The notes beneath the pieces are model-generated. The model did no database searches and was not told the DNA's origin. It saw only the letters and a list, made by a program, of their open reading frames with translations. Source: Thermoplasmata archaeon (GTDB lineage: Archaea > Thermoplasmatota > Thermoplasmata > Thermoplasmatales > ARK-15). Taken from it: a DNA stretch of 44,986 bases. Of this stretch, positions 10,406 to 20,900 are shown one piece after another. Made by a program: the position numbers and the translations under genes. Within the stretch, counting starts at the first letter, position 1; each line of letters begins with the position of its first letter. The stretch is from assembly GCA_039794005.1 (NCBI GenBank), contig JBAMMA010000004.1, positions 1 through 44,986 on the forward strand. The letters run 5' to 3'.

Positions 10406-11995
10406 ATGGTTAGCAGGTGTATAATAAAAACAAATAATGCGCAAATAATTGAAGGGGAATGTCTAGGTATAGATAATGGTTTCATATTCGTTCAAGAAAA
10501 TGGTAAATTAAAGATTCTTAATGCTATGTATTTGAGGGAGGTAAATATCGACGGAATTCTTTTTAATATAATATTTATTAATGAAAATGAAAATTTCTTG
10601 ATTCCAATTAACCTCGATACATACATTGAAAATGTTAAAAATATTATAGAGTTTATAAAGAATAATCCCAATATAAATCTGGAAGAAATCAAAAATAAGG
10701 TTCTTGATAAATTTATTTATGAAAAAGAAGCTCAGTTGAATAACTTAAAACAGGAAAATGAGGCTTTGAAAATCCAGTTTGACGAGGCATTAAAAAAGAT
10801 TAAGCTTTTCCAGGATACATTAAATGAGTTACAAAATAAATTAGATAATTTGAATAAAGCAAACGCTATTTTGACCGAACAATTGAAAAAATTCTCTAGC
10901 GGAGAAATAATAACTGAGCCTATTAAAGAAAAGCTCAATGAATTTAAAATGGAATTAGAAGAAAAAGAAAATGAGATTATTAGATTAAAAGAAGAGTTAG
11001 AAAAAATTAAAAATGTTCCTAATATAAATTTAACAGAAAGTCAATTAAATATATTGAGAGCAATTGAAGAATATCAGAAAAAAACAAATGTAGATCCATT
11101 TAAAGCCATAGAATCTTATATTAAATTGGTTTCCAAAGCTTCCGAAAAACAAATAACCCAGGATAAATCAAAAGTTGAAACTACTAAAATACAAACTCAA
11201 GAAATACCACAAAAGAAGGATGATTTGTTTCCAAACATATTTCAAACTACTGGGAAAGAAGTACAGCAAAACATTAAGTCAGAAATATTAAGGCAATTAA
11301 AAAATTACAAGGAATTTAATTTATCAAGAAATAAAAATCTTGCATCAACAGGATCCATAAAAATTGACATGGTATTGAAAGGTGGAATACCGTACGGAAA
11401 TTCCATTATGGTTTCATATACACCATTTGCCGGGGGAGATCTTTTTAGTTTGCTATTGATTTATGGTGGATTAAAATCAAATGAAAATGTGTACGTAATT
11501 TTAAATGGGATTAGTAAAAATGATTTTCTTGTTTTGTTCAACACATTTAAATCAGATTTAAATGATGAAGAACTTACAAGGCTAAGTATAAAGGAGATCG
11601 ATAACATAGAGGATATAATTTCAGAAGCTTCAAACTTTGTCTCTAAAAACACAGAAGATAGGGAAAGATTTATTGTTTATAATATAGATAAATTCTTATT
11701 TAATGGGGAAATTTCTAAATATACTTCATATTTGAATTCAATTAAATATTCTATAAAAAATACAAGGAAACTCTTGTTTATTTTTGTCACATATTCTAAA
11801 CAATTTGATAGAGATATACAATTGTTGTCCACGTACTTTTCAGCATTGTTAGAATTCCATGACCAGGAGATTGGAGACAAAATAATTCATACATTTAGAG
11901 TGCAGGGAATTCCAGCAGAAAAATATAAATGGCTTTCTTATAACATTGATGGTATTGAATTTGACCTCGAATCACCAAATATAAGAACAATATAA
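10406..11995 (+). CDS. Small beta-barrel / coiled-coil / inactive RecA-KaiC-like ATPase domain protein
   Basis: N-terminal ~50 aa has an Sm/SH3-like pattern; heptad coiled coil at about aa 105-205; C-terminal STGSIKIDMVLKGGIPYGNSIMV is the KaiC/RAD55 entry motif, but the Walker A position reads YTPFAGGDLF with no GK[TS]. Confidence 0.7.
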   Translation: MVSRCIIKTNNAQIIEGECLGIDNGFIFVQENGKLKILNAMYLREVNIDGILFNIIFINENENFLIPINLDTYIENVKNIIEFIKNNPNINLEEIKNKVLDKFIYEKEAQLNNLKQENEALKIQFDEALKKIKLFQDTLNELQNKLDNLNKANAILTEQLKKFSSGEIITEPIKEKLNEFKMELEEKENEIIRLKEELEKIKNVPNINLTESQLNILRAIEEYQKKTNVDPFKAIESYIKLVSKASEKQITQDKSKVETTKIQTQEIPQKKDDLFPNIFQTTGKEVQQNIKSEILRQLKNYKEFNLSRNKNLASTGSIKIDMVLKGGIPYGNSIMVSYTPFAGGDLFSLLLIYGGLKSNENVYVILNGISKNDFLVLFNTFKSDLNDEELTRLSIKEIDNIEDIISEASNFVSKNTEDRERFIVYNIDKFLFNGEISKYTSYLNSIKYSIKNTRKLLFIFVTYSKQFDRDIQLLSTYFSALLEFHDQEIGDKIIHTFRVQGIPAEKYKWLSYNIDGIEFDLESPNIRTI

Positions 11996-11999
11996 TAAA

Positions 12000-12197
12000 T
12001 CACATTGGATTTATTTCTATTATGTCTTTCAATTTTATTATTTTATAATCTTTGAATTTTTTATTTGCATAATTCTCATATACCATTATATGCATTGCCT
12101 TCTCTTCATTATCAAAATCTATGACATTTGCAATTAAAGAACTCTCATCCTTTAATTTTATTATTACATCCATTCCAATCAAGTCGACAAACTTCAT
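12000..12197 (-). CDS. Small Sm/LSm-like protein
   Basis: 65 aa; LIGMDVIIKLKDESSLIANVIDFD...MHI...KIIKLKDIIEINP fits the Sm1/Sm2 pattern. ATGA overlap with the upstream ATPase stop. Confidence 0.55.
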   Translation of the reverse strand: MKFVDLIGMDVIIKLKDESSLIANVIDFDNEEKAMHIMVYENYANKKFKDYKIIKLKDIIEINPM

Positions 12198-13783
12198 AAT
12201 CTTCCCACCTCTTCATATTCCTTTTGTCTTTCTGATTCGCTTGCATAATACTTAAATATTTTTGTTGTAAATGAAACAACATCATAAATTTGATTTGATT
12301 TTACCATATTATCCAAAAATTCTACCCTCTTCTTATATTCGAATTTCAAATAATCAATATCAATGCCGTGAACCTCCGAAATTTTCCTTAAAATATAACT
12401 TTCTATTCCAACCTTAAATGTGTCTGTTAAAGAATCCCACTGAAAATATGGATTTAGATTCATCCTTTCATAATTTTTGTCAAAATAATATTCATCAACT
12501 TCAAAAATACGCCTAACGGGAATGTTGTTTCTAATTGCATGCTTTAAAACTATAAATATATCTATATTTGCAATCTGATTTTTAGGAATATTTAAAGGAG
12601 GCTCTGTTAACCTTTTTACTGCTGATTCAACGTCTTCAGCATGAAAAGTCGTGTATCCAGTCTTACCAGTTGCCAACGCTTGAAACATGTATGCGGCTTC
12701 TTGTCCTCTTACCTCACCTACAACTAAATATTCAGGTCTCTGCCTTAAAACATTTTTAACTAGGTCCATCATTGTTATTTCTCCTACCTTTTCATATATT
12801 CCATATGGATTTATTACTCCCACGGCTCCTCTAGTTACTGCAGGAACCCAATTTTCATGATAGAGATTTAATTCTCTTGTATCCTCTATGCTAACAATTT
12901 TGGCAAATGGTTTTGCAAACATTAGTATACTATTTAACATCGTTGTTTTACCAGTTGCTGTTCCCCCTATAATCATTATATTTGCAAAATATTGAACAGC
13001 TAACCATAAATATGCATATATTTCGGATGATGCAGTATTTGATCTTATCAAATCTATTGGCGTAAATGGTTTTTCGGTGAATTTTCTAACCGATAAGGCC
13101 GGACCAGTAATAACGACATCATTACTTATAGTTGCCTGTATTCTTGATCCATCTGGGAGCGAGGAATCAACAATGGGCTCTACATATGAAATATGCTTCC
13201 CGCTCATCTCAGTAATTTTTCTAATTAATTTTTCAGAATCTTCATCGTTATGGAAAACAATGTTTGTTTTTATTGAACCGTATTTTTTATGGTAAATATA
13301 TACTTTATTTCTTGTTACAGTAATATCCTCGATATTATTTTTATCTTTAATAGGTACAGTCAAAGGACCATATGCTAAATATTTTTTATATAATTCATAG
13401 TAAATTTTTTCACCACTTCTTTTCGAAAATCCACGACTCATCATATCCTCTAAAATGTATTCCCTCAACTTCTTCTTTTTAAGCTCAATATTTACATCTT
13501 CTTGAAAAGTAATCTTTTCAGGTAATCTTGTCATTAATATCTTTATATACCTTTCCAATTCCTTTTGCTCTTTTAAAGTTAAAATAGGCTCAATTACCCA
13601 GTAAATTACATCTCCGAATCCACCCTCGTCTTTAAAAATTTTTACTGCGGAATACCCGGGTTCAACATTATAGAATTCAAGCTCGACATAGCCTGTGGGA
13701 ACATGAGGCATTATTAATAAATCCTTTGGAACTATGGATGTTACGCCAGTTCTACCTTTTCTTTTACCTATAAAAAGTGCCAT
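12194..13783 (-). CDS. Type II/IV secretion (archaeal T4P, TadA/ArlI-like) ATPase, set A, TGK variant
   Basis: Walker A GGTATGKTT, Asp-box IEDTREL, Walker B LRQRPEYLVVGEVRG, His-box TGKTGYTTFHA. Confidence 0.93.
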   Translation of the reverse strand: MALFIGKRKGRTGVTSIVPKDLLIMPHVPTGYVELEFYNVEPGYSAVKIFKDEGGFGDVIYWVIEPILTLKEQKELERYIKILMTRLPEKITFQEDVNIELKKKKLREYILEDMMSRGFSKRSGEKIYYELYKKYLAYGPLTVPIKDKNNIEDITVTRNKVYIYHKKYGSIKTNIVFHNDEDSEKLIRKITEMSGKHISYVEPIVDSSLPDGSRIQATISNDVVITGPALSVRKFTEKPFTPIDLIRSNTASSEIYAYLWLAVQYFANIMIIGGTATGKTTMLNSILMFAKPFAKIVSIEDTRELNLYHENWVPAVTRGAVGVINPYGIYEKVGEITMMDLVKNVLRQRPEYLVVGEVRGQEAAYMFQALATGKTGYTTFHAEDVESAVKRLTEPPLNIPKNQIANIDIFIVLKHAIRNNIPVRRIFEVDEYYFDKNYERMNLNPYFQWDSLTDTFKVGIESYILRKISEVHGIDIDYLKFEYKKRVEFLDNMVKSNQIYDVVSFTTKIFKYYASESERQKEYEEVGRL

Positions 13784-13786
13784 TGT

Positions 13787-14641
13787 TCACAACCCCCATA
13801 CCAAAGCTTGGGTAATAATGGCCACAAGGATGTAGATACCAGAATAAAAGAATCCTGACTTAAATGAATTCTCCTTCAAAGTTGATGATACAAAACCTGT
13901 GACAAACCCTAAAATTACTACCGATAGGAAAACATAGTATTCAAATTGTTGTATATAAATCAAAGATAGAGAAAATCCACTTCCAAAGGCAGTTATACCA
14001 CCAGACAATTTTACAAATTGTGGGAATAATGTGTCAAATACTAATGCTATTGTAAATAAATATACACCATAACCAATAGATGCAATAATCATGTATGAAG
14101 ATACAGCTGCCATCTGGGATTTTTTTGCATTAATGTATGATGTAAATGCCATTGCTAACTGGGAAACTGATGCTCCAATATCCCCACCTACTTTATCTGC
14201 TATTACCAACAAAGTTTTTACTATTTTGTTATTTTTATAATTTATTCTACTAAATGCGGCCTCGATGGAATCGGCCACACTAAAACCCATATGTAACCTT
14301 GCTTCAAGGTCTTTTATAACTGATGAGAAAACACCATATTTATTTTTTGCAGTTTGTAAAATAGCTTCTCTAAGTGGCATCCCAGTATTAACATAATTTG
14401 CCAAATCGTTCAGGAACAAAATTAAATTTTGATTGTAAATCCATTCATGCCTTAGCTTTAAATAATTCCATAGGCCATAAGGGAAAAATGAAAATAACGA
14501 TAATTCAATCATGAAAAGGGATAATTTGTAATGGCCTTCTACATAATATGTAATACCAATGAATAGGAATAAAAACATAACCATTATTGAAGCAGATAGA
14601 AAAATCAAATCTATTTCAGACTCCTTAATTTTAAATTCCAT
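13787..14641 (-). CDS. TadC/T2SS-F-like pilus platform membrane protein (set A, second)
   Basis: FLNDLANYVNTGMPLREAI plus several transmembrane segments. Likely start is the ATG at 14641 (GGAGG upstream, TGATG overlap) rather than 14674. Confidence 0.88.
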   Translation of the reverse strand: MEFKIKESEIDLIFLSASIMVMFLFLFIGITYYVEGHYKLSLFMIELSLFSFFPYGLWNYLKLRHEWIYNQNLILFLNDLANYVNTGMPLREAILQTAKNKYGVFSSVIKDLEARLHMGFSVADSIEAAFSRINYKNNKIVKTLLVIADKVGGDIGASVSQLAMAFTSYINAKKSQMAAVSSYMIIASIGYGVYLFTIALVFDTLFPQFVKLSGGITAFGSGFSLSLIYIQQFEYYVFLSVVILGFVTGFVSSTLKENSFKSGFFYSGIYILVAIITQALVWGL

Positions 14642-15498
14642 CAATATCCCTCCTGGGCAACTTTTGATAACCAAGCAACCATGAAACCTCCAAGAGGGAT
14701 CAACAATAGACTTACCAATAAAATATAATACATTGATGCAACTGCTATGGCAGGTTTCGAAACTATTCCCATAATTGCAAATACAAGGATCAAAAATAGT
14801 GGGAAGGATACTACTATGCTTATGAATATCTCTGCATACATACTGAGGGTGTCTGTTAACTTCATGTATTCTATGTTCATATCATTTCTATAATCTTCAT
14901 AAACCCTCAAGATATAATCTCTTTCGATACTTCCAGATTTTCTTGCAGTAACAAGTCCTTGTATAAACAATAACCATTTAGATTTTTGAGTAGTCATCAT
15001 TAAATATTCTTCTAATATTTTGAATATATCTTTTGATGCAAATTTTGCTGATGTGACCAATTCACATGCTTCATCACTTAATGTAGAGAAACTCTTTTCT
15101 TTGCATACCTCTTCCAACATTTCTAACATGGTAATATTACTCATACTTAAATTGGCGAAAAATCTTAACGCCTCACCTAAATGCCTATCTATTTTTTTAA
15201 GTCTTGATGACGCCTTTATAGATGGGTACTTAAATCCAACATACAGATAAATGAAAGGAATTATGATTATTGACAAAAATACTATATTATAAAATTCAAT
15301 AATTAATATGAATCCTATTATTATAGATAAAATTAATAACAAGGTAAACAATGCAAATATTGATGTTATGTATTCATCGGCCTGTAGATGCATCCTGGCA
15401 ACATTGAGATCTTTTTGGATATCCGATATCCTTCTCTGAACAAAGGGGAAGTAAACTGAAAATCTAAAATGTGATTTAAAATTATCTAATATCTTCAT
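14641..15498 (-). CDS. TadC/T2SS-F-like pilus platform membrane protein (set A, first)
   Basis: DLNVARMHLQADEY, RLKKIDRHLGEALRFFANL, TM helices; paralog of 23774..24763. Confidence 0.88.
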   Translation of the reverse strand: MKILDNFKSHFRFSVYFPFVQRRISDIQKDLNVARMHLQADEYITSIFALFTLLLILSIIIGFILIIEFYNIVFLSIIIIPFIYLYVGFKYPSIKASSRLKKIDRHLGEALRFFANLSMSNITMLEMLEEVCKEKSFSTLSDEACELVTSAKFASKDIFKILEEYLMMTTQKSKWLLFIQGLVTARKSGSIERDYILRVYEDYRNDMNIEYMKLTDTLSMYAEIFISIVVSFPLFLILVFAIMGIVSKPAIAVASMYYILLVSLLLIPLGGFMVAWLSKVAQEGY

Positions 15499-17090
15499 AC
15501 CTTCCCCTCCTTAATATATGTCTCATATCTCTTAAGATAAATGGGGAATTCAACTACTTCTACATCTTTTAACAAATGATATACCTGAACAAATTTATGC
15601 AATTCCTTGTTTGATATTTTTCCCTTATAAAGCTTTTCCAACGTGTTTAAAAATTCTGCTCTCCTTCTAACTTCTCTATAAACGTCCATAGTGGAAATAT
15701 GTTGTAACGTAGCAATAGCCTTATATCCGGGTGCTGATGTATCAGTTATGAAGGAATCTGTAACCGGATCATATCTAAAAGCGGATACAAACTGTAATTG
15801 ATTTTTTGTCTGATCATATCCTGCAATCTCGGCAATTTCCTTTACTCTTCTTTTTTCCACCATCTTTTCAACATAAGCTTGCATTATCACAATATCAGAT
15901 AAAAGTGTTAACATTGATCTTGGCAGGCTAATTGGTGCATTTTCTATTCTTGAAACAAATGATTGTATATCTGTTGCATGGAATGTTGCCAATCCAGTAT
16001 GCCCAGTTGCCATTGCCTGGAATAGTATTTGTGTTTCCTCTCCCCTGGATTCTCCAACAACGAGATATTCAGGTCTTTGTCTTAATGAAACTTTTAGCAA
16101 TGTCATTATATCCACTTCTCCCATCTCTATTCCAGAGGAACCTCTTATACCTACACCAGGCCTTGTAATAGTTGCAACCCAATTATCATGATCAATGTAC
16201 AATTCATGGGTATCTTCAATAGTTACGAGTTTATTTACATCTTTGATGAATGTTAAAAGATTATTGAGCATTGTTGTCTTTCCTGCTGCAGTTGTCCCTA
16301 TTATCATTACATTTCTATGATTTTCAATTTGTAACCATAAGTATGATAACAATTCATAACTAACCATTCCTGAATTAACGAGGTCAAAAATTGTCAAAGG
16401 AGACATCTTAAATCGCCTTATGGTGAATGTTGGACCAAAGGCCGTTACCTCATTGCCCAAGGATAAATTTAGTCTATGCCCTTCTGGCAAAAAAGCATCT
16501 AATAATGGTTCCCTATAAGAAACTGTTCTATGGGCTTTTTCTGCCAACCTAAATATGAAATGATTGGCCTCTTCTTCGCTTTTAAACATTAATGATGTAG
16601 GGATTGAACCTGTATATCTATGATATACATAAATAGGCCTATTTACGCCTGTGAGAGATATATCTTCTACTAAATCATCATTTAAAATTGGTGTTATTTC
16701 ACCGTAATGAAACATGTTCCTTTCAATATAATATAGAATTGTATAGTACGCTTTTCTATTGACTATGAAATTGTTGAACTCTATGAATTTATCTAAATAT
16801 TGCATGATAAGCTTGCTATTTATTTCTCCTCCTTTGTAATGTATTGTAATATATTCTGGAAATGCCCTAATTATAGATGCAATATATGGAGATACTGGAG
16901 GCTCATATATATAATACATGTAATTTTCTATATCTGAATTGAAATGTAAACCAATATATACCACACCCTTTTCAATTGGATATATTATATCATTTTCATG
17001 TTTCTTTTGGGGAGGACTTGTAATCTGTGGTATTTGGAATATTTTTTTATTAGATTCGAATTTTGTGATTGGAATATTTGAGGGTATCAT
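15495..17090 (-). CDS. Type II/IV secretion (archaeal T4P) ATPase, set A, TGH variant
   Basis: GTTAAGKTT, IEDTHEL, LRQRPEYLVVGESRG, TGHTGLATFHA. Confidence 0.93.
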   Translation of the reverse strand: MIPSNIPITKFESNKKIFQIPQITSPPQKKHENDIIYPIEKGVVYIGLHFNSDIENYMYYIYEPPVSPYIASIIRAFPEYITIHYKGGEINSKLIMQYLDKFIEFNNFIVNRKAYYTILYYIERNMFHYGEITPILNDDLVEDISLTGVNRPIYVYHRYTGSIPTSLMFKSEEEANHFIFRLAEKAHRTVSYREPLLDAFLPEGHRLNLSLGNEVTAFGPTFTIRRFKMSPLTIFDLVNSGMVSYELLSYLWLQIENHRNVMIIGTTAAGKTTMLNNLLTFIKDVNKLVTIEDTHELYIDHDNWVATITRPGVGIRGSSGIEMGEVDIMTLLKVSLRQRPEYLVVGESRGEETQILFQAMATGHTGLATFHATDIQSFVSRIENAPISLPRSMLTLLSDIVIMQAYVEKMVEKRRVKEIAEIAGYDQTKNQLQFVSAFRYDPVTDSFITDTSAPGYKAIATLQHISTMDVYREVRRRAEFLNTLEKLYKGKISNKELHKFVQVYHLLKDVEVVEFPIYLKRYETYIKEGKV

Positions 17091-17917
17091 GATAGAGCCT
17101 CCATAATTTTTATATCAACATTTATATATACTATCCTAACATAATTTACATTATTTATTATAACTTCATAATACTGTCCTTTCTTTTGTATTTGGGCATT
17201 ACCATTTGTTATATTTTTCAGAAAATTTGCCCAAAGATATGAGAGGGGATCATGTAATATTAAATTAATGGTTCCGGAATCAGCATAATTATCATATGTT
17301 ACTGCATTTATATTTATTGATAAACCTACAGAACCAGTACCAGAATATGAATATGGTATTCCAGAATCTGATATAATATAAATGCTGAATGTACCATTGT
17401 AATAATTTGCAACACCATTAGATAGCACTGAAAGATTTTTTACATTAATGTTTGGATATCCTGTCGCGATCATACCATTATCGAAATATATTGCTTCTTG
17501 AGGATACACCCTATTGAGTAGATATATTTCAATAAATGTTGATCCATTGAAATATACCGGTAGCCCTTGCGGTGTTGAAAATGAAATATTTATGAAATTA
17601 TCATTGTGATATGGAATTATATTAATTTGACCTGGAGAAGGAGGAACCAATATAGGTATACTTTGAGTACCCAAATCTACACTTTCATATATTGAATATG
17701 GGAAGAAACTGACAGATGTTGAAGTAACTATTCCAGACTTAATTTGAAAAACTTGTGAGATTACGTGTGAATAATGTTGTGCCTCAGCACTGCTCACCGA
17801 TGATGGCACTACGGTGTTCATGAATGCATCGAATATTATGAATACTGCCACTATAACAAGGAGGAAACCTAATACTTCCGCAACGCCTCTTTCTTTTTTA
17901 TTAAATTTTAAATTCAT
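17087..17917 (-). CDS. Pilin-like protein with class III signal peptide (set A)
   Basis: KKERG|VAEVLGFLLVIVAVFIIF, then VVP...EAQH; paralog of 22921..23763. Confidence 0.8.
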   Translation of the reverse strand: MNLKFNKKERGVAEVLGFLLVIVAVFIIFDAFMNTVVPSSVSSAEAQHYSHVISQVFQIKSGIVTSTSVSFFPYSIYESVDLGTQSIPILVPPSPGQINIIPYHNDNFINISFSTPQGLPVYFNGSTFIEIYLLNRVYPQEAIYFDNGMIATGYPNINVKNLSVLSNGVANYYNGTFSIYIISDSGIPYSYSGTGSVGLSININAVTYDNYADSGTINLILHDPLSYLWANFLKNITNGNAQIQKKGQYYEVIINNVNYVRIVYINVDIKIMEALS

Positions 17918-20900
17918 AATTTCCTCCTCATATTTTTCTTAAATAGTTGACCCAACTTTGAAAACTTGATTCCTATCCTTACTAAAGGTGGTAATGATTG
18001 AACTGTGTATTCTGCACCAGGTTTCGAAACGGATGAATATATCTCCATCCCTGTTCCCCAATCCAATATTCCTTTCCTGAATCCATCCAATATTGGAGGT
18101 GGAATTGTATAACTTGGTGGTAATGGTTTAGAGCATACCTTACATATATCAGCATCTATATCATTGATTGCTCCGCAGCTTAGACATTCCTTTTTCTTCT
18201 GCTGGAATTCTTCCTTTAAAAGATATAATCTGAATGACTCATAATTTTTATTATTCATCCACCATATAAAGAATTCAGACTCTGGCTTTCTCATCTGTAG
18301 ATAATTGAGATGTATTTCTTCCAATTTTTTATCATATTCATCTTTAACAGTCGATAAAAATGCATAATCCAAGTCTCTTTCGTCTGTGAATATCTCTCCA
18401 CAATTTGGACAATACTTGGAATGCTTTGGATATAATGTATCGCAAACATAGCAATGATCGGTTTCTTCTTCAAGGTTATAATCGCAAACTGGACACTTTA
18501 TTGCCTTCTCATAAATTGGAGCACCACAATTTGGACAAGTTCTCTTTCTCATAAATTCATGTTTTGCCTGTATTGTTGTTACAAAGTATAATGAAACAAA
18601 TATAATTATAATAATCAAAATTGCTGATACTGTTAATATTGGGAATGGTTGTGATATAATGACATATCCAACATCTTGATATGTTAATTGACCTCCACTG
18701 TTGAATGATAATCTAACTGTATAATTTCCAGAGATGTTAGTTGGTATTTGTATTAAGAATACCGCAGAACCGTTTGAGGATGTATATTCCATATAGGATC
18801 TTCCTGCGAGATATAAATAAACAGGATAATTTGGTTCATAAATAGAATATCCATATTCTTGCGTCGCATTTAAATTTAAAAGATAGGCCTGAACTTCTAA
18901 ATAATTTCCGCCTAAAACATTGTGTGATGACATTATAACATATGGTTGGATATATGGATAACCTACATTGATTATCGGACCGGTAATATTTAATGTGCCT
19001 AACTGTAAATATGATGTTAGTGGCCCCACCTGTGTTAAATTAAAATCTACTATCATTATGTATGTTTTTTGTGCAGGAATTGATGGTACTAAAAATTCTT
19101 TACTGTAATTTCCCAAAGTGATATTGGCATACATTGGTGTCGATGCAATGCCACCAATATTTTTTAATACTATTTTGAAAGGTACAAACATCCCTAATGT
19201 ATAGTTAGCCTTCTGATATATACCAAAATATGTAACATTTATTGAAGCTGGGTAATAGATAAAAATATTTCCTGAACCAATTATTACAGAGCTTCCATTC
19301 AATTGATCTCCGGTTACTAAGACAGAATATTTTTCAAATACTGTTGGTGTAGTAATATGCAATAAAACTAATGATATGTTAAACCTGAAATTAAAGGAAG
19401 AATACCCTGTAAAATTTCCTATATAATAATTCCATTGTTTAGGACCTATTTTTAATAATATTACAGTATTTGATAATGAGCCTGTAGTAATATTGAACGT
19501 TCCATATACATTTAATGTAGAATTATATTGCGCCGAGCCAGGTAATATTGAATATCCATTAACTATGGGTATTTGTATTGTGAAAGAGGCATTGTCATTT
19601 GAATAATCTGATTCATTATACGCTTTGTTAGCATTGATCCAAACTCTCAAATTATAAATACTTCCAACTCTAAGAGTGTATGTTAATGATGAGACAGCAT
19701 AATTTTGAAAACCTCTCACATAAGAGGACCCTATATAAATATTGTTCAAATAATAATTTACCAAAAGAGGAGGTATATCAATAGGCAGAACATTCTTAGA
19801 GCCAATATATACATTAAGAGAGACTTGTACTGATGTTGTACTAGGTGAAATTGGATTACTTAATATATTATAAGTAATTTTAGAAACAAAATAATCAACA
19901 TTAAACGTTAATGTTTGTTCGTATATATTATTGCTTTGATTATAATCCCATATTTGATTTATTATAATATATAAAGTATAAATTCCTGGGAAACTTGGTA
20001 TAAAGCTAACTGAGAAATTTTCTGGTGCACTAGGAATAGTCTTATTCAATATTATGTATTCTTTTGTATTATAAATATAATATACCTCTAAATTAGCTGT
20101 GAAGAAGCTATCTGTACCCAAATTTTGAGTTTTGAATGATATTTTAACTGGAACCAATAAATAACTTTCACTGAGATTAACATTTTCAATTGCAAAATCT
20201 ACATTTGGATATATAGTTATTTTTTCACTAAATATATCATTGAAATAATTTGTTTCAAAAATTGTATGATATGAATTAATTTCAACAATAATCGTATAAT
20301 TCCCATATCCTAATCCCGACAAACTAATTGAATTTGTTATTGTTACGGATGCATTCCTTTGTAATAATACAGGAAAAGTTCCAAAATTCTGTATTCCTTT
20401 AGGACCTTGCAGTTTAAAAATAACGGTTGTATTTTCAGTAGGCGGTCCTCCAAAATATCCAACATAAGCGCTTAGTGTGTATGTTTTACCTATAATTAAC
20501 GGTTTCGGAACATTTACACTTATAACTCTAAAATCTGGGATATTAAAACTGATAACGTATGGATAGTTGTTGCTTAATGTTGATAGCATTGGAAAATGAT
20601 TTAATGATATTGTAACTTCCTTTAATTTTCCACCGTTTATAGGATTGTAGAATGTTAAATTATAATTTCCTAGATACAATCCATTTGGGAAATAATTGTA
20701 ATTTAAAACGTCTGAAAGTAATGGTAAAATTACAATTCCTGAAGAATTTGTAACAAACGATGGATTATAAATATTCCATATGATCCTATTTAGATTATTT
20801 ACATAGGATTGAGAAATGCCAATATCATATGGTAATATATTTACAGATGAACCCACTACATATGTTCCATCCCAATTCCTAGCATAAACAATTGCATTTC

